Shown here in pieces: positions 1 to 12,016 of a DNA stretch of 64,000 bases (positions are counted from its first letter, which is position 1; every line of letters begins with the position of its first letter). Below the pieces are notes generated by a model that searched no databases, was not told the DNA's origin, and worked only from the letters and a program-made list of their open reading frames with translations. The stretch spans positions 1,299,449 through 1,363,448 of the forward strand of contig CAVNZM010000004.1 in assembly GCA_963693365.1 (NCBI GenBank), in the 5' to 3' direction. Made by a program: the position numbers and the translations under genes. This stretch comes from Amoebidium appalachense (lineage: Eukaryota > Protista > Ichthyosporea).

Positions 1-330
1 GAAAATTGCATCATTTATAGAGATTTCAATTTGAGGCAGAAGCCTTTATTTTGAAAGGCCGTCGGATTTATGCGTCCAGATATATTGTGCAAATTTTGTC
101 AAAAACATAGTGTACGGCAAACTCGTAAGAAAAAATATAGTACATGATGTGTCCTCAATGCTAGTATCTGAAGTTAGCTTATTTAACAGTAGGTATAAGA
201 GTTAGTGATAGGCGTTCTACTCCTGAAGATGGTAAAAATGCTTTGACTGTCTTTGAGAACAAATCCATGAAATTGAATTAACCGTGCAGATGCGGTAACA
301 TAATTGAATAGACGAGAAACTAGTTGAGCT
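1..330 (+). pseudogene. rnl: Degraded mitochondrial large-subunit rRNA (rnl) fragment, probable NUMT, domains IV-V region
   Basis: LSU rRNA landmarks occur in the correct order: 'tcaaaaacatagtgtacggcaaactcgtaag' (~99-129), 'gactgtct' (245-252), 'tgaaattgaattaaccgtgcagatgcggt' (268-296) and 'tagacgagaa...gagct' (309-330). These resemble the opisthokont mitochondrial rnl motif gtgaaattgaattagccgtgcagatgcggt...tagacgagaagacccta (recalled from memory). The normally invariant intervening segments are eroded and the fragment runs off the left edge of the window. Confidence 0.75.
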
Positions 331-334
331 AAAA

Positions 335-760
335 GTCTTTGAGGATAATCTTTTACGATGGCCTTTAAGAGTTATTTGTCGGATGCTCGTCTGAAAGGTT
401 CTTATGGGTAACTTTTCTGATGATCTTCTTGGGTGATCTTCTTCTTCTTAGATGGTTGCCTTAGGTGATCTTCTTGGGTGATCTTCTTCTTGGATGATCC
501 TCGTGGACGATCTTTTACGATGGTAATCTTCTTGGATGATCCTCGTGGATGATCCTCGTAGACGATCATGGGTTATCTTCTTCTTCTCCGATGATTGTCT
601 TGGGTAATCTTCGTAGACGATCTTCTACGATGGTTGTCTTAAAGGGTCTTAAGGATAACGAGACGGAGAGTTGTCTGCAAGATTCTTAAGAGTAACTGAT
701 GGTTGTCTGAGAGGTTCTTATGGGTAATTTTCGGAGGGTTATCATCAAGCTGTTAGGTAA
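335..760. repeat. Degenerate short-period repeat block (gatcttctt/gatcctcgt units)
   Basis: Recurrent units 'gatcttcttgggt', 'gatcctcgtgga' and 'tcttttacgatgg'; direct repeat 'gtctga(a/g)aggttcttatgggtaa' at ~389-411 and ~706-728. Confidence 0.7.
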
Positions 761-1422
761 GAATTTGGATGCTACAGTTAGAAGTTTGTACATTTATCGG
801 ACAGTACAATTGAGCAATGATAATATTGTTGAGTTTATATCTATGTAGTTTAATAGGCTTATCAGGTATAGCTAGAGTACTTTATTTAATAACATCAGCT
901 TCAATTGTGTCGGCTTCAGTTAGCACTGGAGTATCTACTATCATTTCAGAAGCGAACATAGTATCACAAGATACTAATGCTTTCGTAGCTATTATGTTTA
1001 AGCCAGTGGCTTAATTCTAACACTGTAGTTTTCTATTTCAGATGTATAATTCCGACAATCTTTACTCTGCCAATGGGTATCAGTTTTGGTGTGACAAGAT
1101 TCATAACCCATGAGACCTGTTACAACAATTCCACAGACCATTTTCAAGTCTTCTCTAAATTTAAGCTTATAGTGTAAATTCCATACTTCATTTTTGTATA
1201 GCCGGTAAAATTTACACGTTTTAATTAATTCTATCCACTGAAAGACACTCACGAGACAAGTTACAACTATCCCACGAGACAAGTTACAACTATCCCACAG
1301 ACCATTTTTCAATTCATTATTAAATTTATCTTCCAAATTGATGGATTTAGCTAGAGATTTTAGTACTTCTCGCTGATATAAATCTTAGAAGCTCGTAACT
1401 CTAATATAGATACCAAGAGAAG

Positions 1423-1756
1423 TGTAACACTAAGAAGTTAATAGCAGATCAAGATGTTTTGGACCGAAGCGAAGAGGAAACAGGTGATAAGCTTGTCACA
1501 CCAGTAAATACCAGTTAAGAAGTACCTATTAAGAGATAAAAGGTAAGTACCTGTTAAGGGATAAGAGGTAAGTATCCGTTAGTAGCACCTGTTAGTAAGT
1601 ATCTGTTAATACAAATCAGTTAGTCAGTTAGTAAGTACTTATTAAGATCTTATAAAAAATGTAATACTAAGAAGTTAATAGCAGATCAAGACGTTTTTGG
1701 ACAGAAGTGAAGCAGAGACGGAGGATACTGTTAAACTTGTCGCACCAGTAAGTACC
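1423..1756 (+). repeat. Two ~90-bp diverged direct repeats, probably a decayed coding repeat
   Basis: 'tgtaa(c/t)actaagaagttaatagcagatcaaga...ttgtc(a/g)caccagtaa' at 1423-1512 and 1660-1756. Both begin CNTKKLIADQDV; the second copy is frameshifted. Confidence 0.75.
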
Positions 1757-2194
1757 TTTAATCTTCCATGTGTCTTCTATCTTTTATCCGTCTTCCATAG
1801 TTTAATCTCCAATCTTCTATTCATCTTCTATTAATCTTCCATCCTTTACTTTTCCATGTACCTTCTATTAGTCTCCCATCTTCTATCACTCAATCTTCCA
1901 TCAGCCTCCAATTTCTATCCACCCTCGCTCAATCCTCTACCCGCCCTTCATCGCTCAATCCTCTACCCGTCCTTCATCGCTTAATCTTCTACCCATCTTA
2001 CATCATTCAATACTCTACCCGCCCTTCATCACTTAATCCTCTACCCATCTTCCATCATTCAATCCTCTACCCATCATTCATTTAATCCTCTACCCCCTCA
2101 CTCACTCAATCTTCTATTAGTCTCCCATCCTTCAATCTTCCAGCATTCAATCGACACATTACCTAATATTGGCGATACATTACCTAACATAGGT

Positions 2195-3330
2195 GATACA
2201 TACTGTTCAACATCCTTCTACTGTTCAACACCCTTCTACTGTTCAATCCACTGCTTAACATTCTTCTACTGCTTAATCCCCCCCCCCCTACTCAACATTC
2301 TTAATCGCCTGCTCAACATTCTTAATCGCTTGCTCAACCTTCTATTACAGCTCAACATTTTTAATCGCCTGCTCAACCTTCTACTACTGCTCAACATTTT
2401 TTTATACTGCTCAACCTTCTTATATTGTTAACTTTCAATCTACTGCTCAACATTCTTCTACTGTTCAATCCAGTGCTAAACTTCCTTCTACTACTCAATC
2501 CCCTGTTAAACATTCTTTTACTACTAACTCTTATTCCATTGCTAAATATTTTTCTACTGCTAACTCTTATTCCACTGCTAAATATTCTTCTACTGCTAAC
2601 TCTTATTCCATTGCTAAATATTCTTCTACTGCTAAATTCTCTGCTAAATATTCTTTACTATTAACCTTCATTCTATTACTAGACTTTATTTCATTGCTAA
2701 TTCTCAATCTCCTGCTTAACATTTTTATACTGCTCAACATTCTTCTACTACTCAATCTACGGCTCAACTTTATTCTATTATTAACCTTCATTCTATTACT
2801 AAACTTTATTCCACTACTAACTCTAAATCTATTACTCAATTCACTGCTTAACATTCTTCTCCCGTTAAACATAGTTCTATTGTTAAATATTTTTACTGCT
2901 CAAATCACAGTTAAACATTCTTCCACTGTTCAATCCGTTGCTCAACATTCTTATACTGTTCAATCCGTTGGTCAACATTCTTATACTGTTCAATACACTG
3001 CTTAACATTCTTCTACTAGTCAATACACTGCTTAACATTCTTCCACTATTCAATCTACTACTCAACATTCTTCTATTGTTAACCTTAATTCTACTACTAA
3101 ATTTCATTCCATTGCTAACTCTTATTCTATTGATTAACATTCTTCTACTACTAACTTTTATTCTACTGCTCAATATCCTTTCACTGCTCAACATTCTTAT
3201 ACTGCTCAATCTTCTTCTACTACTAACTTTCAATCTACTACTCCACATTTTATACTGCTCAACACCTTTCTATTGCTCAATATTCTTCTACTACTAAATA
3301 TTCTTCTACTGTTAACTCTCAATCTACCTC
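2195..3330 (-). pseudogene. Decayed tandem-repeat (KNVEQR-like) coiled-coil protein gene
   Basis: An 18-bp unit 'ctactgctcaacattctt' and 21/30-bp variants repeat throughout. On the minus strand, better-preserved copies read EQRIEQYKNV, EQWKNV and NVEQAIK, while many copies carry TAG after the Gln codon. The L/N/I-rich (+) and S/R/M-rich (-) ORFs in the track are off-frame translations. Confidence 0.6.
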
Positions 3331-3774
3331 AGTTATCTCTTAGTTTATTTATCTTTTTGCATTCATCCTACCTCAATCTTAATTTTCCTAACTTTTTACC
3401 CTTTTGTATGCATTCTACCTCAGCTATCTCTTAGTTTATTTATCTTTTTGCATTCATTCCACATTCCTTATCAATCCCTAATCCATCACATTTAGCCCTC
3501 ATCCTTTCTAATCTTTACTCCTCCATATCTTAGCAATCATTAGATCTTATCCTAATCCACCCTACCTCAACCATTAGCAGACTTCTTCAATTCTAATTAA
3601 TCATTTCTATGTATTCATCCATTCTACCTCAGTAATCTTAAGATCTTATCCTTCCTTCTACTTATAATCTTTATTTTTTTAATCCTTTATTATTTATAAT
3701 AACCTCTAATCATTAATCCTTCCTCCTTATACATTATTATTCATCCTACCTTATCAATTACTACTCCTATTATT

Positions 3775-3858
3775 ACATTGAATGGTTTCATTCAATTATA
3801 CTCCAAATGTACTATTAACATAGAACTAAATTCCCTGCTTCTTAATAAATAAGTTAAT
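3775..3858. repeat. Dispersed ~85-bp repeat, inverted homolog of 20117-20202
   Basis: 'acattgaatggtttcattc...gtactattaacatagaactaaattccctgcttcttaataaataagttaat' aligns with the reverse complement of 20117-20202. Confidence 0.7.
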
Positions 3859-4498
3859 TAAACTTTTAATTACATATTTAAAAATTTCATAAAATCTAAA
3901 TCTTGATTGACTAAAAATCCAAAATTGACGATTTTCTGGGTTTTACGATTTTCTGTATTTAGGATTCCGAATTCCATCTTATATCGTGACACATGCCTAG
4001 AATAAGGAGTAGAGAAGAGGGGGCGAGATGAAATAACTAGATCAAATTTCTGAACCATCGCACCCTCCCATGATTTAGTGGGCCTGAACCCTCACTCTTT
4101 TTCCGCCTCTATCTCCATCCCTCCCTACCTCTCCTGTCTCTTATGAAATTATCTCCCACCGAGATCTCCAGCCCTCCCCAGGCCTCCGACCGTCTCTCTC
4201 CCTCTCTCATGATCCGTCTCTGGTCTCGAGCTCTCGAGATCATAATCATCAGTCTTGTCTTCCTCTCACAGAGACTCTCTCTTTCGAAGGCTTTCCCTCT
4301 CTTCTCCTTCAAAATCTGTTTCCCCCTCCCCCCCCACCCCCCACCCCCCCTCCCCACCCCCTGTTCAGTCGCGATCGACTGAGCCCTTTCTCTCTTTGTT
4401 TAGCACTATGTACTATGTATTAGAGAGAGCCTCTGACTCTCGAGCTCCGAGTCTCCTCCCCCTCCCGCAGCCCCTAAGAGTCTTAGGCCTCCCCCCCA

Positions 4499-4563
<65 letters not shown>

Positions 4564-4707
4564 CGAACACAAGCAAGCACACATGCGCACAAACACACAC
4601 ACACTTGAAGCACACAAGCTTGCGCACACACAAGCACACCACCCCTCGAGCCTCGCAGGCCCTAGACTAGCTATGTAGGCCTGCCTCGGCGGATAACTCC
4701 CTTGGTC

Positions 4708-4743
<36 letters not shown>

Positions 4744-5337
4744 ACCCCCAAAATTATCTTCGTATTAACATTTTTATGATTAACTTAATGATTTGTGATC
4801 CCATACCCCCCCACCCCTCCCCCCACACCCCTACCCTCTCTCCCTTCCCATCCTCCCCACAACACACACATACGTCGAAGCCAAGTAGCCTCGACGCGTG
4901 CGCGTGCGCGCGCGCGCGCGCGCGTGTTTGTGTGTGTGTGTGTGCGTGTGTGTGTGTGCGCGTGTGTGTACAGTAGAAGCGTGGTAACAGCTAGGTCACC
5001 AATACCTTCAGCTAGAGCAAGACCAATTCTACAGGAAGGCAATACGTTTTTAGATGTTACACATGCGATTGCCATATTTGGCAATATGATTAAGGTGGTC
5101 CGATGACTAAATACATATGAAACGAGACAAAGGCTTAGTTTTTCAAGGTGTCTGCTTGCATCAAGTCTAGTGTCCTGTGGCAATTTTTTCTATTGTTATT
5201 TTGTGTGATTTTTTTGTGATTATGTACATGTCTAATAAGTAGGTGGCAGTCCCAAGTCACACCCACCTCACAGCTCCACCTGAATACGTCAGACCCTGTT
5301 GTTTTGTACGGGTCTAAGGGAGCAGAGTGCACAGAGG

Positions 5338-5914
5338 TGTCATGTAAAACACGACTAACACATTAATGAGAGGGCAATCGGAGTTGTTCACGAGACATTG
5401 AAAGATTCAAACAACAACTGATTCTTTATTGTGCTCTCGGTTCCTTTTGTACTTGCGACTTATCACCTTATCACAACTAAAGAGGGAGAACCAATCGGTT
5501 CTATCAGAGGATAGAAAAACACATTCCGACAGAGCATACGCATTCCAACTTCCGATTAAACTAAAGTTTAGAAACTCTTACTTAAATAAATTAAGTAATT
5601 ATACATCTAGTCACTATTAACTCACATATATATTTATGTTCGTCTCTATAAAGAAACTTATTTAAATACATATATTTCCTAATAGTCGACACTCTCAAAG
5701 TGAAGACACTTTGCAATAAACCGAATTCCATATATATCTATTGTCCAATCACAACACACATATATTAATAGACAGGAATGCACAACACGATCTACAGATG
5801 TACTCGCTCGCGACTATTGGCGAGCCATCCTTTTGAGAACAAAACTAAGCCATTTTGTAATAAAGGAAAGACAACGAGTGTAGCTAGCCAATCACGCTAC
5901 CTCTCAGATAAACA
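5338..5914. mobile_element. Candidate solo LTR
   Basis: Starts TGT (5338) and ends ACA (5914), with GAGG on both sides (5334-5337, 5915-5918). AT-rich interior with TATA-like and AATAAA motifs. No second copy in the window, so unconfirmed. Confidence 0.25.
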
Positions 5915-6160
5915 GAGGAGAGCAAACAGAAATAAAATACAATAAGTTCTTATCAGGCAAGAGAGCCAGGTGTGCACAGATCTACAGATATCTGTGCTCA
6001 CAGAAACAAGGGAGAGAGAGATACGGGGGGGGGGGGGGGGGGGGGGGGGAGAGAGAGAGAGAGAGAGCACAAAGAAGGAAAGCAGACACGAATACAAACA
6101 AGCTAAGACACATACATACTTCAAGGCTCTTGCTGTCATACATGGTGACGTATTCCAGCA

Positions 6161-8605
6161 TCCCCACTCAAGGGGTTGAAGTTTGTGTTCTCGTGTCTGT
6201 TGATGTGACGGTAGATGAGGTCCAAACACAGGAGGGGCCGTCACACTCAAGTTTCCCCACTCGAGGATGCAAACCGAAGATCCTTGAGGTGGGAAGGAGA
6301 GAATCAAAACTGAAGAGGCACACAACGACGGTTGCCTCTGAAGACTCGGAACAATAAATCATGGTGGTTATGGTCGATATATATATATAGAGGAAACACT
6401 AGTGTATGTGTGACGTGTTGGTGGCTAATGTTTTATACTGGGGACCACCCAGGTAAACACAAGGCATGAACATCTTGTGGACTGATTTATAGACTGGTTG
6501 TCAACCAGTTAAGACACGGGGGAAGGTGCATCCCGTGGACTAGGTTTAGACTGGCAGTCAACCAGCTCGCAAGGCTATAGATAATTATTTATACTGGGTC
6601 GCCATCCCAGTTCGACATATATATAAAGTCAAATATAGAAGAAAACCAATATATATGGTGGGATATGAATATAAATAAACGACGGATGGTGGAGAATAAT
6701 CCCCACTGAAGATGCACACACATGACGATGTAAGACTGAGTCCCCACTGATGAAGAGAAACGATGAGGAGTAGTAGACTTTCGTTGGGAGGCATCTTGAG
6801 CACCGTAGGTGTGTCAACTGCTGTCCAGGGCCCCAACCTACTCAGAAACCACTCGATGATGAACACCAGTGCACGGGTCAGTCATGGAGACTGAGGTTGG
6901 CACGGTGTGTGTCGTGGGTCAGACTAGCCAGAGGCTTGGTGAAGATGTCGGCCAGGTTCTTCTTGGTGTCGATGTAGTTGACGACTACATCAAGGCTGGG
7001 TCGGGAGATGCTCACCATAGCCGTGGCTGGCCGGGAGGAGAGACGGGAGGAACGACGGGGGACGGGACTGAGGGGCTCAGGGGCCGGGGGAGTGTCTGGG
7101 ACAGACACTCGGGGTTCGGGGATGGGAGCCTGGAAGGCGGGGATGGGTGCCGTTTTGAGGGGGGAGTCGGATGACACGGGGCTGGACGGGGCCGAGTGGA
7201 ACTCCGGAGACCCAGGACGAACCGGGGTTAGATGACCAGGTACGTGGTCATTGACGGCAGGGGCCGGCAGCAGGGGTTGCTGGCCGGTGGGGGGGTGGGT
7301 GGGTGGACCCACGGGGGCAGGCACACGACGGGGGGAACGACGGAGAATCACTGACGGAATCTCATCGTCATCGGAGTGAGGATCCAGGGACGGCAGTGAT
7401 GGATCGATTGAGGTCGGCTGATTGGTGGCCGGCACATAAATCTGATTGGATGCCGTGGTGAATTGTGATTCGTCGAAGACAGGGGCTTCGGAAACGGGGG
7501 CAGGCAGCACGGTAGGCTGGCTAGAAACGTGGATGGGAACGGCCGGACCTGGCAGCACGTGTTGCTTGCCAGGGTCGGGGGGTAACGGGGGGGAAACAGC
7601 TGCAGGGGTAACTGGGGCCCGTGCAGGGTTTGGGGGAGCTGAGAGCTCGACGAGGCTGGCCACGTGATCGGAGGAAACTGCTGCCGGAATGCGGGGCAGA
7701 TCAATGGAATGTGTGGGGTCCGGCGACAGTGACAGCACGGTGGTGGGAACAGCGTTGGAAATCCTGGAAGGGAGCATGTTGGACGACATGGTAAACGGTT
7801 CTGGCAGGGACTCGGGGCCGGGACTCCTATGGAGTAGGAAAGCACAAAGTGCTTGGACTGTGTTGAACACGGGAGACTGGAAAGAAGTACCGAATATGGG
7901 TACTTCAGATGGACTTGAGGGAGGATAGTCAAGTCGGATCGAGACTGATCGTCGATCGGAATGGAGCCGGGGTTTGAAATTATAGTCGAATGGTGGTCGA
8001 CGGGGTTCGAAATCTGACGAGTGATTGGGATTTCGATGTTATGGAATGGGAGCCTCCGGGGCAGACAGGGCGGCGCGGTGGAGACCACGTCGGGACAGGG
8101 GGACACGTCATGAAGTGTCAAAGAAGAACTTGGAGCGCGACGGCAGAACCAAGGGTGGAGGAAGGTTTGACGTGACGGAGAGGAACCAGGACGGAACTGG
8201 AAGGAGGGCAAGCTGAAACTTGAAAGGATGGCACGATTGTCAAGGCATGACAGAAGCTCTTGTCAAGATGAGTCAGATCTTGTCAAGGGGAGTGACGGAG
8301 GACCGGTTACGGCCGGTCGCGGGAGGAGCCGAGAGGCTAGGTGACGGCGGGAAGTGCCAGAGACGGAATGTGCAGAAAAGCACAGACGGGTTTAGGGGAC
8401 GCCAGAGAGAGATGTACACGGCCTCAGCACCAAGAGGAAGGGGGGGGCGGCAACAATTCACGGAATAGGCACTCAACGTTAACACGCAAGTGACCATTAG
8501 ATGAGGTGCATGAGGAGCTGACCACAGCTATGATGTGTACCAGGAATTTAACGATTGCTAGGTCTAGATGTGTTGCGAGAGCGTGCGAAAACTGGGCCTT
8601 TAACC
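6161..8605 (-). mobile_element. Internally deleted, non-autonomous Ty1/Copia retrotransposon derivative
   Basis: ORF 6878-7870 ends in YIDTKKNLADIFTKPL, the Copia RNase H C-terminal motif, directly after a Pro/Ser-rich region with RRSxR motifs typical of the Copia integrase-RT linker. Copia-like PBS GGTTAAAGGCCCAGT on minus at 8591-8605. PPT-like TTGAGTGGGGA followed by TG on minus at 6161-6171. No RT, IN or gag motifs visible. Confidence 0.75.
6878..7870 (-). CDS. Copia-derived Pro/Ser-rich ORF fused to the RNase H C-terminal peptide (330 aa)
   Basis: Open 330-aa frame in GC-rich, microsatellite-free sequence; contains ADIFTKPL. An overlapping frame (7348-8211) extends it upstream. Confidence 0.5.
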   Translation of the reverse strand: MFNTVQALCAFLLHRSPGPESLPEPFTMSSNMLPSRISNAVPTTVLSLSPDPTHSIDLPRIPAAVSSDHVASLVELSAPPNPARAPVTPAAVSPPLPPDPGKQHVLPGPAVPIHVSSQPTVLPAPVSEAPVFDESQFTTASNQIYVPATNQPTSIDPSLPSLDPHSDDDEIPSVILRRSPRRVPAPVGPPTHPPTGQQPLLPAPAVNDHVPGHLTPVRPGSPEFHSAPSSPVSSDSPLKTAPIPAFQAPIPEPRVSVPDTPPAPEPLSPVPRRSSRLSSRPATAMVSISRPSLDVVVNYIDTKKNLADIFTKPLASLTHDTHRANLSLHD

Positions 8606-8861
8606 TGTTTGTTTTTTACAGGGGAAACCTGTCGCTGGGTGGGTGCTTGTGTGTGTGTGTGTGTGTGTGTGTGTCCTTGTGTGTGTGTGCGTGTGTGTTT
8701 GTGTGTCTGTGTGTGTTTGTGTGTGTGTGTATGTGTGTGTGTGTGGGTGTGTGTGGGTGCGTGCGTGCCTGTGTGACACCTGACGTCTTGATATCATTGG
8801 GTTAGCGAGTACCATGAGTAGAGATTTGCCTTTTTTGGATAATGACCTCAACACCCCTCTC

Positions 8862-9211
8862 ATGGGTGCTTTCGAAAAAGGGAAAACACGGTTAGATTAG
8901 TTGAAAGGGGAGGGGGGGGGGGGGGGGGAAGGGGGGAAGGGGGGGGGGAGGGGGGGGGGGGGGGGGGGGGAGGGGCGATTTCGCCGATTTTCTCAGCAGC
9001 CCAATTAAGGAAAATACTCTGGCACGTACTGACTGTGCCCTCTAGCCTATGTACGATAAATCGACGCTGGCTGTCACGTGATCAGCCGCTCTCCGTATCG
9101 TCCACGTCTCCTTGAAAAATAAGAGCTACCTCAGAAGGTAGCAGGAAAAAACTGCTTAAAAAGGGCACTTTGTCATGAGTGCTTTCGAAAAAGACATACA
9201 AGGTTAGATTA
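8862..9211 (+). repeat. Pair of ~40-bp local direct repeats
   Basis: 'catg(g/a)gtgctttcgaaaaag...ggttagatta' at ~8861-8899 and ~9174-9210. Confidence 0.6.
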
Positions 9212-9652
9212 AGCTTAGTGCCGGGGCTAGGAATAGGAGGAAAAGTCAGTCTCTGCAAGTAGCCTCATTCTTGGTGGCGGGAGACGTCTTCCGGCCGACT
9301 CCCCTCACCTCGAGTTGATTACTCGCTGGAAACAACCGCCCCTGCCATTCTCTTCCCCGCTCCTCCCCTCACACTCACACTGGATTTGTAGGGTGGTAAT
9401 TTACGCCCAAGCGACACCTTCATAGTGTGCCGCCCAACCAAAGGAAGAGAGCTGAAGTGGCCTTATATGACCATGTACGACGATATGTAGGCAGGACAGA
9501 GGGCCAATGCCCATATATGGCAGGTAGGAAAGACGTGAAAAGTCCCATGACTGGGGGGGGGTTGGGGGGGGGTTTTGCAATTGTGTTGAAGGGGTTTGTG
9601 CTGTTTACTCGAGGCAGACAGAGACCAGTTTCCAGTTTCAGGTAAGGGGCCT

Positions 9653-9690
9653 TTTGCTTGGTATATCCCCTCAGCGCTATATCATGATCA
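9653..9690 (+). repeat. Dispersed repeat fragment, copy of 37076-37113
   Basis: 'tttgcttggtatatcccctcagcgctatatcatgatca' versus 'tttgctcggtatatcccctcagcgttatgtcatggtca'; 4 differences in 38 bp, all transitions. Confidence 0.7.
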
Positions 9691-9805
9691 GGTACATGGA
9701 AGGCGAGTAGTTGGTCCCCTCGCTCCCCCCCCCCCCCCCCCCTCCCCCCTTGATTTTATCCCCCTTCTATTTCTTCGCCGGGGCTGGGTCACTTGGTATC
9801 AGCTG

Positions 9806-9894
<89 letters not shown>

Positions 9895-10095
9895 CTAGCG
9901 TTTCGTGTTGCCATGTTGCTCGAGCCAACCAATGCGTCTAATAAAGAGATTATAACCACGTTTGCCATTTTCGAGCCGCTGGGTGTCTGTGAATGTGTGG
10001 TGTGTGTGCTGCGGTATAAGGTGGTATATCAATCTCCATTTAGCAATAAATGACCGTTCAAATTTGTCATCTATGTGTTGTTTAAGCTACCCCCC

Positions 10096-10129
<34 letters not shown>

Positions 10130-10275
10130 CCCAAAAAAAAAACAAAAAACCAAACAAAGAAACAAAAAAGATAAATAACACTAAATAAATAATAAAAAAT
10201 AATGTAAAAACTGTCAACACACAAAGAAGGCACACATGCACACACACACACACATGCACACACGTGCACGCGCGT

Positions 10276-10309
<34 letters not shown>

Positions 10310-10410
10310 ACACACACCACACGTGCGCATGCGCACAAACACACACATAGACGCTCGCGCGCGCACACACACACGCGCGCACACGTTCCCCCTAACCCTC
10401 TTTCCCTTCC

Positions 10411-10443
<33 letters not shown>

Positions 10444-10827
10444 TTCTCTTCCCACATTCAAAAACCCGGTACATTTTCCTGTGTTAATACAGAATTCTGT
10501 GAACCCCTGTCCACCCCAAAATTAAAAAATAAAATAAAAATAAAAATAAATACAAATCATTGAACTTCATTCAACACTAAAGCCAAAAAAAAAAAAACAA
10601 TTTATACTATTACAGGCAATCTATTTCACCAACAGTCTCTTTGCGGTTCAAAATCTCACAGTCTTTCCATCTCCCCACAACCACCAGCGAAAAACATGTT
10701 GAACTTAGAGTGGACTCGCATTACCCCGAAACAATGTGTTTGTAGACCTTACCGTGAGCATCATTGCTGAACAAATTGTAGCCCACTGGATATAGATGGC
10801 ACATTGGGCCCGGATCCCCCATCCCTT

Positions 10828-10861
<34 letters not shown>

Positions 10862-11031
10862 ACCACCACCAAAAAAAAAAAAAAAAGAAAAAAAAGAAAA
10901 AGGAAAAAAAAACAACACACACCCACACCCACACTCAAAGAGTCGAGACAATAGAAAGAAAAGATGTACTGGTAACAAAGTTGGATAACCCAATCGGCAT
11001 TGCAGAAAACAGGTGCAACCCCCCCCCCCCC

Positions 11032-11069
<38 letters not shown>

Positions 11070-11945
11070 CCTCACATCAACGACAACAACAGCAAAACAA
11101 AGGCAACCAAAGAGAAGAAAAAAAAAACACACAATAACAAAAGCAATAAATCTCACCTGTGTACGTGTATGTGCGTGTGTGTACGGGTTTGCAGAGGGAT
11201 GATGTATACGTGTGTGTCGGTGTGTTTAGGGTGTGTGTAGATGTGTCTATTCGTGTGCACGTATGGAGTGTAAAGGGCGAAGATGGGTCGGTGTGCAAGT
11301 GCGTACGTGTGTATACGTGTGTGTAGGTGTGTGTAGGTGTGTGCTGGTGTGCGTGTGATGGGTGGCGTGTATGGAAAGCCTGAATAAATGTGTCTACGTG
11401 TGTGTACGTGTGTAAAGGAATGTGTATGGGCGTGTTGCGTGCGCTTTGGCTGAGTATATGTGTGTGTGTATATGTGTGTATGTGTGGTGTGTATGAAGAT
11501 GTGGGTGCCCGGTCTCAACAGGGCGGAGGGGGGAGGGGGGGGGGGGGGGGGGGGTAGCATGCGTTGCAGAGTACACTTGCTTTTTTATCTCCCTCTTCTA
11601 ATCCGTGCCCAAGCTGCTCGAGAAAACTTGGAGAAAACACACACACATTCACAGCCAACAGACACGCACAAGCACGCCGTGGTGCAAGACACACAAACAC
11701 CCATACACGCATAATCTACACCATACTACAAACCGTTCACGCACACACACATGCAGGCACACACGCACCCACACACACATACACAACACACCCACACACC
11801 CCACACAACACAACAAGGCTGAGACAAGAATACACACACGCGCACATGCATGAAATTGTTAGACACATACACTGTGCAAATACACGGCACACTAACAAAC
11901 ACATGCACACACGCGCACGCGAGCACACACACACACACAAACACA

Positions 11946-12016
<71 letters not shown>

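Noticed and set aside
998-1336. 112-aa minus-strand ORF
   Set aside because: It contains an internal duplication (GIVVTCL/GIVVTGL) with a frameshift and no recognisable domain; treated as part of the decayed left block.
2425-3297. Leu/Asn/Ile-rich + strand ORFs resembling membrane or mitochondrial proteins
   Set aside because: They are antisense readings of the 18-bp repeat and show no respiratory-chain protein motifs.
10620-11012. Complex sequence islands between homopolymer runs
   Set aside because: No consistent splice phase or recognisable peptide on either strand.
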